A DNA stretch of 31,973 bases from a virus (taxonomy: Duplodnaviria > Caudoviricetes): positions 1 through 31,973 of IMG/VR virus record IMGVR_UViG_3300029179_000018; one strand, written 5' to 3'. This document shows, piece by piece, positions 1 to 7,064 of the stretch (position 1 is its first letter; every line of letters starts with the position of its first letter). Under the pieces are notes generated by a model that worked only from the letters and a program-made list of their open reading frames with translations, made no database searches and was not told where the DNA came from. The position numbers and the translations under genes were made by a program.

Positions 1-17
1 GTTTCCCAGTCACGATC
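1..17 (+). other. Random-amplification (SISPA / round A-B) primer, library artefact
   Basis: GTTTCCCAGTCACGATC matches the widely used round-B primer, and its exact reverse complement ends the contig. Confidence 0.9.
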
Positions 18-332
18 AAGCTGTTCAGTGATTCTTTTGTTTGGTTCCGCTCCAATTCCGGCACCCACCCACAATGAAACAATCTGCTTCTCGCCTTCAT
101 CTGGATGGATATAGGCAATGTTGCACATCATATGTCGGTCTTCTGTTGCCACGCGCATGATTATCGCAAACAAGTCTGTCAATACTCTCATGTTGTGCAT
201 ATTGGTAGCTTTCGGGTTTTGAAATGCCCACCAACCAAAAGTGATGGAGTTCTTTACCCGCCAAAAAAACGAGAGCATAACATTGTGCTTGTTCAATGCC
301 TGTTTATCGGTCTTTAAAGTTTCTGTTTTCAT
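18..332 (-). CDS. Hypothetical protein, 3'-truncated (MKTETLKTDKQALNKHNVMLSFFWRVKNS...)
   Basis: ATG at 332 and an open frame running into the adapter. Absent from the ORF track because it has no stop. Confidence 0.7.
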
Positions 333-401
333 AGTCAGTATTTTCAGTTAATGTAGTTCATCATTCTTGGCGGCACTAAACAAGCACCGTCCGTTGTATG
401 C
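275..401 (+). repeat. attC-like imperfect palindrome 1
   Basis: GCATAAC-att-GTGCTTGTTCAATGCC (275-300) pairs with GGCACTAAACAAGCAC-cgtcc-GTTGTATGC (372-401). Both internal mismatches become G.T pairs on the bottom strand. Confidence 0.7.
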
Positions 402-478
402 CATGTTTTGCCCCATCGAATACAGGGCAAGGCGCGGAGGCCAATACATTGCCCTGTACCTACCGCACTGCAAAAAAC

Positions 479-1044
479 GGCACACAACAAGGGGTTTAAA
501 ACATTGGCGCAAGTAGTGTGCATTTCAATCATGGTTCGGGGACAGAAATTTTAAAATTTAAACAAAAACCCACCGCGCTGAGGTTACATACTAAAAGGCA
601 TTTTCAAATATTTGTCATCATTAATTTTAACAGTAACAAACCCTTCAAAACTATCACCACTATCACCAACACTTCTCTGGTCAACCCATTCCCATTCTAT
701 TAATTCACTTGCCTCCTGTTTGTTACCATAAGGTTTTTTAACTATTTCAAATTCACCATGTATTTGTGATTCTTCAATCAACTCACACAATTCGGCATAC
801 CAATCTTCCCCCTTCTCCTGTTTTATTATTTCTAAAATAGGTGCATTGTGAACATCAATTCTTTTGTAATATTCTTCCATGCCTTTTGTGTATTCATCCA
901 TCATGCGGTTGAAATCATCTTGCTTTTGTTGTTCAGTTAAAATTGCCATCGCTTTTTTGTTTTTAATTTAAACCTTAATTCAGTACTTCTAATTTCATTC
1001 AGTGCTACTTATCGGCTACTGTTTAAACACCCGTCCGTTATGCA
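479..1044 (+). repeat. attC-like palindrome 2 with a gene in its loop
   Basis: Left arm GGCACACAAC-aa-GGGGTTTAAAACATTGGC (479-508); right arm GCTACTGTTTAAACACCC-gtcc-GTTATGCA (1015-1044). It shares CCGTCCGTT with element 1. Confidence 0.6.
584..949 (-). CDS. Hypothetical acidic phage protein (121 aa)
   Basis: Clean ATG ORF with AT-rich, protein-like composition. Confidence 0.8.
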   Translation of the reverse strand: MAILTEQQKQDDFNRMMDEYTKGMEEYYKRIDVHNAPILEIIKQEKGEDWYAELCELIEESQIHGEFEIVKKPYGNKQEASELIEWEWVDQRSVGDSGDSFEGFVTVKINDDKYLKMPFSM

Positions 1045-1082
1045 CAATTGGCAACGCTAACGAGGCAAAGCTGCCAGCGGAG

Positions 1083-1403
1083 CTACCCACGTGCTTTTTC
1101 TTTACACACCTTTTCTGCTCCATTATTATCCATACAAACACCATATAGGCAGTTGCATAAAACCTCGCGCACGTTTTGCCCATCCGCACTGTTGCCAACT
1201 GCCGCCCCCTTCGCACCGTACGACCCTTCGGCTTGCATAACAACAGGTTTATGCAATTGGGCTTGATGCTCAGTATATTCACGCAAAAGTTTTACAACCT
1301 CATCAAAAGTGAAGGTGTCTTTCACTTCGCAAACCATCTTATCAGGTGTTACAAAGTATTTTTTTCTTAAAAAATTTATCTCATCCATAGGTTTCTGTTT
1401 CAT
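1083..1403 (-). CDS. Hypothetical protein (MKQKPMDEINF...QLHKPVVMQ...)
   Basis: ATG at 1403 lies just after the upstream stop; the frame reads through the left arm of palindrome 3. Confidence 0.65.
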   Translation of the reverse strand: MKQKPMDEINFLRKKYFVTPDKMVCEVKDTFTFDEVVKLLREYTEHQAQLHKPVVMQAEGSYGAKGAAVGNSADGQNVREVLCNCLYGVCMDNNGAEKVCKEKARG

Positions 1404-1420
1404 ATTTCGCCCAACTGCAT
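1234..1420 (+). repeat. attC-like palindrome 3 (right arm truncated)
   Basis: TGCATAAC-aac-AGGTTTATGCAATTGGGC (1234-1262). GCCCAACTGCAT (1409-1420) is 11/12 complementary to 1251-1262 and then breaks off at the end of the upstream gene. Confidence 0.55.
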
Positions 1421-1422
1421 CA

Positions 1423-2160
1423 CTAAACAAACACCTCCATGTAAAACTCCCTTGCATCGTCCTCGCTGGGCGCTATGATTACTTGCCCCTCAATCTCAAA
1501 GGTTTTAACTTGGTTAAGTTCCAGTTTATCCCAACCGCGCGATTTGATGGCCTTGGCTTTTCGTTCTAAAAGCAACACATATTCGGGGTTAGGCTTAAAT
1601 CCTCTCATTGGTTTCTTGCCATCAAGTCTTTCTTGATCTTCAAGCCTTATCCGGGCCATTTCTGAATCAATGTCTTTGTAATCGTTTTTTACATTGCCAC
1701 CAACTAGCATTTCCTTTAGTTGGTTTAGGTACTTGTCGGCAACCTCAGGAGGTGCTGGATTACCTTGCTGTTCAACTTTTTGTTCGGCTTTTTTTGCTAG
1801 TATATCCCCATGAAGCTGCATGTGATTGTTCAACCACTTCCAAATAATCCGGCAGTTAAACCCAGGAAGCTGGCCGTAGGGTGGACGAATAAAAGCATCG
1901 TCTTTGATTATCTGCTCTTGAATAATTCGCTTTTTTGTTGCTGTTGGTATGACGGAAAATGAATGATCGCAGGCGGCTTGTGCCCATTGCAGTGTTACGG
2001 TGTTGATGATTTCAATGGCTTGGCTTTTCTCCTGGCAATCGCGGATAAGAAGCTCGGCCTGGGCTACCCCGGTTTTGATGGCCAGCGTTTCAAGCTCGGA
2101 TTTGAAAAACTCCTGCATATCACTTACCGAATACGTCTGCTGTTGTGAATGACTTTCCAT
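1423..2160 (-). CDS. Hypothetical protein in the replication module (helicase-loader position)
   Basis: Long ORF directly downstream of the initiator, with a likely start at MESHSQQQ (2160). Function is inferred from position only. Confidence 0.65.
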   Translation of the reverse strand: MESHSQQQTYSVSDMQEFFKSELETLAIKTGVAQAELLIRDCQEKSQAIEIINTVTLQWAQAACDHSFSVIPTATKKRIIQEQIIKDDAFIRPPYGQLPGFNCRIIWKWLNNHMQLHGDILAKKAEQKVEQQGNPAPPEVADKYLNQLKEMLVGGNVKNDYKDIDSEMARIRLEDQERLDGKKPMRGFKPNPEYVLLLERKAKAIKSRGWDKLELNQVKTFEIEGQVIIAPSEDDAREFYMEVFV

Positions 2161-2827
2161 TTGCCTTGCCGTTGATGTGTGGTTGTTTTCGGAATTGGTT
2201 GAATGCGTTGACCAGGTGCCCAAAGTCGTTGAACACCCCGCCAGGGCGGGCCTCCATGAACTCGCGAGCTTTGGGTATGTCGGATTCGCGAATGAGGCTG
2301 CCGTGAGACTCGTAGTAGGCTTTTAGCCCGTCCAGCCCGTTGATGCGGCACTTTTCAGCGTTGAGCAGGCCGGACGAGATCAGGAAGAAATTTTCGGAAT
2401 CGGTGGGTCCGTAGGTTTCAATCCTCCCCTGCACCCCTCCTTTATCATCTTCATTTATATCTTCATTTTCATTTCTATTTTCCATATGTACATTCATATC
2501 ATTTTCATATGATTTATGATATGATTTTTTCTTACCCTTTTTATTGGCTGATCGACTCTCTACAAACGCTTTCCTCTTTTCAACTTCAGTTGCCAGTTTT
2601 TGATTAAAAAACCTCCCACTATTATCTTTTTGAAACTTGTTTTGGAGGACTGTCCATGTGGCCTGATCTTGTCCAAGTACAAGTTTGATTTGATCTAGTG
2701 AAAGTGGGCCGGAGTTAAACTGAGCCATTAGTAAATCCATGTAGCAACCCTTCTGATGCCTTGTGAGCGTCATGGTGCCACCAAGCCAATCGCCAGGATA
2801 AAATAGGAAGGCTGGGTCCTTAGCCAT
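2120..2827 (-). CDS. Phage replication initiator-like protein (DUF1376/YdaU-type N-terminus)
   Basis: N-terminus MAKDPAFLFYPGDWLGGT...GCYMDLLMAQF followed by a low-complexity charged linker. Confidence 0.75.
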   Translation of the reverse strand: MAKDPAFLFYPGDWLGGTMTLTRHQKGCYMDLLMAQFNSGPLSLDQIKLVLGQDQATWTVLQNKFQKDNSGRFFNQKLATEVEKRKAFVESRSANKKGKKKSYHKSYENDMNVHMENRNENEDINEDDKGGVQGRIETYGPTDSENFFLISSGLLNAEKCRINGLDGLKAYYESHGSLIRESDIPKAREFMEARPGGVFNDFGHLVNAFNQFRKQPHINGKANGKSFTTADVFGK

Positions 2828-3005
2828 TTTTATCAACAAACGCTAAAGCCAGTTTTATTTGATCGAATGGTATTGAAATGGCAATGGTATTACTACCATC
2901 ATACACTTCAACAAATACATTATTGAGGTCTGCATCAGGGTCTTTAACAAAAGAGACGTAGCAACCAGAAAGCTCAATTGGGTCTTGTAAAATTTTTACT
3001 TCCAT
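2820..3005 (-). CDS. Hypothetical protein
   Basis: ATG ORF packed into the minus-strand operon. Confidence 0.65.
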   Translation of the reverse strand: MEVKILQDPIELSGCYVSFVKDPDADLNNVFVEVYDGSNTIAISIPFDQIKLALAFVDKNG

Positions 3006-3011
3006 ATTTTT

Positions 3012-3296
3012 TTATTGTTTAATCATGGTTTTGTGTTTTTTCACCCTCCACCGCAGCCACCGGTAGCCGAGGCCACCGCACACCACCACGGTGAGCGCAA
3101 GCCACCAGGCCGGGTGCACGGCATCAATGGCGGCAAACAATGGCCCCAGCTTGCTGGCAAAGGCGGCAATAAGGGCCAGCAGCAGGGTGATAACACCGGG
3201 CAGTACGCGTGTGAAGAAGAACCTAACCTCGCGGTTGTACTGCGGGCAGTAGTGTGCCTGGCGGGGCTTGTGGTGTGGGTATAGTTGGTATTTCAT
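3012..3296 (-). CDS. Small membrane protein (2 predicted TM segments)
   Basis: Hydrophobic stretches VLPGVITLLLALIAAFA and WWLALTVVVCGGLGY; ATGA overlap with the MTase stop. Confidence 0.65.
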   Translation of the reverse strand: MKYQLYPHHKPRQAHYCPQYNREVRFFFTRVLPGVITLLLALIAAFASKLGPLFAAIDAVHPAWWLALTVVVCGGLGYRWLRWRVKKHKTMIKQ

Positions 3297-3964
3297 TCTA
3301 TTGACATTTGTAGACCTAATACTTTTTTACTATCAAACAGTGTTGGGGCACTTAGATATTGCTTAAAGCGCTTTTCTTGAGCATCAAAATATTCTTTGTC
3401 AATCTCAAACCCGACAAAGTCAAGGCCGGCCTTGTGAGCCGCAATGCGTGATGAACCTGAGCCCAAATGGGTATCAAGAATCCTATCACCTACTTTCGCG
3501 TAATTCTTCAAAGTCCAACTATAAAGCATGATTGGCTTTTGATGCGGATGAACTCGCTCACCTTTTTCACAGACCACACAACCGTTCCAATCTAGTGCTA
3601 TCTTAACTAGGGGGAACTTGGTCAGTGATGTCCATGCTATTTCACCGGCAGAGCCAAACTGTGTCATAGCATCTTTGCCTTTATCCCAGAAAATCAAATT
3701 GTTGGACGGACGCAGATAGTTCCAGTAATAATTCGCTCCCCAAATGATTTGATGCTGGCTTACTCTGAACAGTTCGGTGAAATATTCATCCCCTGGTATC
3801 GAGTTGTTGAATGTATTTCGGTGTTTGTAGAATTGGCCCTTCCGGTCTTTAGACCAATTTTGTCCAATACCATAAGGCGGGTCAACAATTGCCAATTCGA
3901 AGTGCTTGTCTGGAAATTGCTTCATTCCCTGTATACAATCCATCAAATACACCTCACTATTCAT
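3293..3964 (-). CDS. DNA N6-adenine/N4-cytosine methyltransferase (beta class), orphan
   Basis: DPPY catalytic motif, HPHQKP, SAM-binding LDTHLGSGS and GFEIDKEYF. Confidence 0.93.
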   Translation of the reverse strand: MNSEVYLMDCIQGMKQFPDKHFELAIVDPPYGIGQNWSKDRKGQFYKHRNTFNNSIPGDEYFTELFRVSQHQIIWGANYYWNYLRPSNNLIFWDKGKDAMTQFGSAGEIAWTSLTKFPLVKIALDWNGCVVCEKGERVHPHQKPIMLYSWTLKNYAKVGDRILDTHLGSGSSRIAAHKAGLDFVGFEIDKEYFDAQEKRFKQYLSAPTLFDSKKVLGLQMSIE

Positions 3965-4287
3965 GCTGCCTTGCTTTTGGTTTGGGTTAGGCTCAATATT
4001 TTTATCCCTTCCGGGTAGTTCATGTCGATAAAGTTTTGTGCCCTCCTTACTAAGTTAATTACCGTGCAGTGGTTACGGTTGCCCAGGTCATAACCGATTC
4101 GATAATAGGTTGCGCCCGCGCTCCTCATGATATAAGCGTATGCCATCCGAGCTGAGACAAGGGTTGATTCTTTTGATGGGCCGCGAATTTCAGAAATGGT
4201 AACGCCAAACAATCGTGCAACCCTTTGAATCAGGGTTTTATCTTCTGTAAAATCCCAAACGTAGCCACGTGAATCGATCGTTGTCAT
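3961..4287 (-). CDS. Stand-alone DnaA C-terminal (domain IV)-like HTH protein
   Basis: VARLFGVTISEIRGPSK...ARMAYAYIMR...IGYDLGNRNHCTVINLV resembles the DnaA domain IV consensus (ARQIAMYL...IG..FGGRDHTTV). Confidence 0.85.
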   Translation of the reverse strand: MTTIDSRGYVWDFTEDKTLIQRVARLFGVTISEIRGPSKESTLVSARMAYAYIMRSAGATYYRIGYDLGNRNHCTVINLVRRAQNFIDMNYPEGIKILSLTQTKSKAA

Positions 4288-4472
4288 TTTCTTTTGATTT
4301 TACTTCGCACCCATATTTTAACTTCCTGATCGTGATACATGAACACGACCTTATCCTCTCGGTAGTTAACTTCCCGTACGTTCATCTCCCGGATGATCTT
4401 ATCAAGCGCGGGTTTAAGTTTATCAATAAGCCGGTGGGCTATCGGTTGCTGTACTTCGGCAATGGTACTCAT
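4284..4472 (-). CDS. Hypothetical protein
   Basis: ATGA-coupled to the downstream gene. Confidence 0.65.
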   Translation of the reverse strand: MSTIAEVQQPIAHRLIDKLKPALDKIIREMNVREVNYREDKVVFMYHDQEVKIWVRSKIKRK

Positions 4473-4502
4473 GCGTGTTTCAGGTTTTGGCGTAACAATA
4501 GT

Positions 4503-4766
4503 TCAATATACGGGCAGATATATCTTATACTTGTCCATAATAAACTTGATGTTGGCCGCCCTCATGTGTTCCGATGAAAGATTGATTGCTTGATCAAACA
4601 ATAACAATGCGGCAAGGTCATTATCTTCAACCATTGTTTCCGCTGGTGCCTGGTATGTATAATGTTTTGTCGCGAGATTTTCATCACCAGTTTGTTCAAC
4701 AAGGTCTAACCCGCTCCAGCTTATTTTAACCGGGGCATTGCATGTAGGACATTTATCTGTACTCAT
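4503..4766 (-). CDS. Hypothetical protein with N-terminal CPTC
   Basis: ATG ORF in the operon. Confidence 0.6.
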   Translation of the reverse strand: MSTDKCPTCNAPVKISWSGLDLVEQTGDENLATKHYTYQAPAETMVEDNDLAALLLFDQAINLSSEHMRAANIKFIMDKYKIYLPVY

Positions 4767-4773
4767 TATTATT

Positions 4774-4971
4774 TTATTTACTTGACCATGTTTTCACCCA
4801 CCCGTTTGCCCCTTGTCGGTAAATGGTAACTGATTTAGATACGTTGCCATTCTGTGAATCATCACGTATGCGCACAATTTTTGAGCGGAGGCGATCTGCA
4901 ACCGGAACACCGGCTAAGTATGGATGATCTTTGCTGTTATCGCCCGAACTGGTTTTTACTTTAGTTGCCAT
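4774..4971 (-). CDS. Hypothetical protein
   Basis: ATG ORF in the operon. Confidence 0.6.
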   Translation of the reverse strand: MATKVKTSSGDNSKDHPYLAGVPVADRLRSKIVRIRDDSQNGNVSKSVTIYRQGANGWVKTWSSK

Positions 4972-5018
4972 TGCTTATCTCAGTTTACCTTTTGTCGGGT
5001 AGGTTAGTTCGCTGTCTT

Positions 5019-5180
5019 TCATCGTCCTGTTTTCGGGTTATACCGGTTGGTATCCTGTTTCACTACCTTGCTTTGTGCCGGGTAGGGCTGGCAGCTTACC
5101 AGGTGCATGATTATCATTGCCGTAAATAGTAACACTATCCATACGCGCAGTTTGTTGTAGTAGTCGGTTGATGGTTTCAT
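5019..5180 (-). CDS. Small membrane protein or putative lipoprotein (53 aa), not in the ORF track
   Basis: MKPSTDYYNKLRVWIVLLFTAMIIMHLVSC... has a lipobox-like LVSC and ATGA overlaps at both ends. Confidence 0.6.
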   Translation of the reverse strand: MKPSTDYYNKLRVWIVLLFTAMIIMHLVSCQPYPAQSKVVKQDTNRYNPKTGR

Positions 5181-5371
5181 GATTTTGTTTTGTATGCGTA
5201 AAAATCAAACCCGCTACCATCACCATATTTCTTTACCCGAAGGAGCTTTCCAAGCCGCACCTTTGCTTCTTTGTGTGCCTCTATATTTTGGCAACAGCTA
5301 CATCCTTCTGAAGCATAGTAATCCGCAAACGCTTGCCTGACTTCAGCGAGAAATGATCGTTTCTTTTTCAT
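5177..5371 (-). CDS. Hypothetical protein (YASEGCSCC motif)
   Basis: The MKKKRSF start overlaps the upstream stop (ATGA). Confidence 0.7.
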   Translation of the reverse strand: MKKKRSFLAEVRQAFADYYASEGCSCCQNIEAHKEAKVRLGKLLRVKKYGDGSGFDFYAYKTKS

Positions 5372-5697
5372 TGGTTCTTCTTTAATCTCCATACGTTGTT
5401 GTTTCGGCCGTAGCCGCCTAATCGTTTTTCTTCAGTTACTTCCAAAAATTCACCGGTCAGGTTAGTAATTGCACGCCTTACCGAGGTAATAGGCCACTGC
5501 TGGCCCAGCCGCAACCACACTTCGTAAGGTGTAAAGGAGGCGGTGGGGTGTTGCTGAAATAGTTTAAGAACAATCTCGTCCTGATGTTTGGCCTTGTGCT
5601 CGTATTGATCAGCTAGCGCCACGGATTCGATAACGGTATCGTGGTAGTGGTTTAGCCCGAACATGGATAGCTGGCGGTTACCTACTCTATTCTCCAT
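5368..5697 (-). CDS. Putative winged-helix DNA-binding protein
   Basis: FTPYEVWLRL..WPITSVRRAITNL..EFLEVT...GRNNNVW fits a wHTH pattern. Confidence 0.65.
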   Translation of the reverse strand: MENRVGNRQLSMFGLNHYHDTVIESVALADQYEHKAKHQDEIVLKLFQQHPTASFTPYEVWLRLGQQWPITSVRRAITNLTGEFLEVTEEKRLGGYGRNNNVWRLKKNQ

Positions 5698-6020
5698 AAC
5701 CGATAACCATTGGGTTCCTTACGTTCTTTGAACTTCCTATTGCCACCATAAAATACACCCGAAATGTACCGTGCATGAGTACTCAGTCTTTTTGTGTTTA
5801 TAATGCTGTCACCGACCTCCATTCTTTTAATTAGACTTGCCGTTTCTGCTCTTTCGTTTCCTGATGGAACGGGAACGTCTTTGTCAATTTTTAGGGTGTA
5901 TTCCTCATCCCAAACGCCTTCAAATTCCTTAGAAAGTGCTTTTAACTGATTAATCTGATCAGGTGTAAGCTTCTTAAATAAATAATACATGTACTGTATT
6001 TCTTCTTTTGTGGCGCTCAT
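5682..6020 (-). CDS. Hypothetical protein, possibly DNA-binding
   Basis: IDKDVPVP...MEVGDSI...GYRLWR pattern; overlaps its neighbours. Confidence 0.65.
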   Translation of the reverse strand: MSATKEEIQYMYYLFKKLTPDQINQLKALSKEFEGVWDEEYTLKIDKDVPVPSGNERAETASLIKRMEVGDSIINTKRLSTHARYISGVFYGGNRKFKERKEPNGYRLWRIE

Positions 6021-6169
6021 AACACCTTCTGTTTGTTAAGCCACTCGGTACGTTCCTTTTCATGTTTGAGGCGCTTGTTTAAACCGACAAGCCATATAAT
6101 CCCGAATGCCGACACGGTTACGGCTATGCCCGCAATCACTCCCAGGAAAAAGGCGGTGTGGATGGTCAT
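6017..6169 (-). CDS. Small single-pass membrane protein
   Basis: AFFLGVIAGIAVTVSAFGIIWLV followed by a basic tail. Confidence 0.65.
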   Translation of the reverse strand: MTIHTAFFLGVIAGIAVTVSAFGIIWLVGLNKRLKHEKERTEWLNKQKVL

Positions 6170-6170
6170 A

Positions 6171-7064
6171 TTAAAAACTATGTTTGTAATACAGTGGAAT
6201 TTCCGCAACCAATATGCCGTGCGGGTTATCGGCTCGTTGTGTGTAGCCAGGCCAAAGGTTTTCTTTCTCAGCCCTACTTATAATGCCAGTGAGGTAATCC
6301 AATTCATCCATTGCGGCCGGAATATCTGTTTGGCTGAACTCGTAAATTGTTGCGTTGTATGGTGCAATCTTTTCAACCACAAGCCAGAAATAGGCATCGA
6401 CAGAATCCAATAATCCAGCAGCCACACAGCCGCGCATTTCTACACAAGCCTGAAGCGGGTAATCGTATTTCGCTAACTCCCGGCTAAAGGCTTTAGGGCT
6501 TCCATCCTCGGCAGTCTTCACATTGACAATCACTTTCTTTTTACGCTTGCATATATCGGGGCGGGTTTTCATTTTTAGCCCCGTTGCTTCATCCGTCCAA
6601 AAAAGACTTAGCTGATATTCAGTACCTTTAATAAGGGATTGAATAACCCTGTCCTGGTAGCAGCTTTCCAGCATGTTTTGAATAGTGTCGTAACTCTCCT
6701 TACCGCAATCGCTAATGATGTACTGGTTTGCGTTGAGGTTCAAAAATTCCGTTTCACTTTCTTGATATAATTTCGATGTTGTTGGCCTTACCAGCTTAGG
6801 GTTAGCAGCCATTGCTTGGTCAATCCAGGCACGGGTTGGCATAACCGAAACAGCCTGTGCAAATCCGTCTTTATCAAGCAGGGCCAACTCAAAGGCATTG
6901 CCAAAATCAAAGTGTGATTTGGCCCCCGCTTCCATACGGCCCGTTCGGTGCCAATGAAACTCTTTAAGGCTGCGCTTTGCATACTTAATTGAAGTAGCAC
7001 TGACGTGTGTGGTGTTGGCGTGGTAGTCCGTTATGGTGATGCTATTGTAAATGCCGTCTTTCAT
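6171..7064 (-). CDS. RecE/exonuclease VIII-like PD-(D/E)XK nuclease (DUF3799 type)
   Basis: YHA..VSATSIK, FGNAFE..LL, EYQLSLFWTD..TGLKMKTRPD, VNVKT and YDYPLQA motifs; adjacent to an annealase. Confidence 0.85.
   Translation of the reverse strand: MKDGIYNSITITDYHANTTHVSATSIKYAKRSLKEFHWHRTGRMEAGAKSHFDFGNAFELALLDKDGFAQAVSVMPTRAWIDQAMAANPKLVRPTTSKLYQESETEFLNLNANQYIISDCGKESYDTIQNMLESCYQDRVIQSLIKGTEYQLSLFWTDEATGLKMKTRPDICKRKKKVIVNVKTAEDGSPKAFSRELAKYDYPLQACVEMRGCVAAGLLDSVDAYFWLVVEKIAPYNATIYEFSQTDIPAAMDELDYLTGIISRAEKENLWPGYTQRADNPHGILVAEIPLYYKHSF

Noticed and set aside
649-669. Direct repeat ACTATCACC x2
   Set aside because: It simply encodes GDSGDS within gene 584-949.
3293-3964. Restriction-modification system
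   Set aside because: There is no adjacent restriction endonuclease, and orphan methyltransferases are routine in phage early regions.
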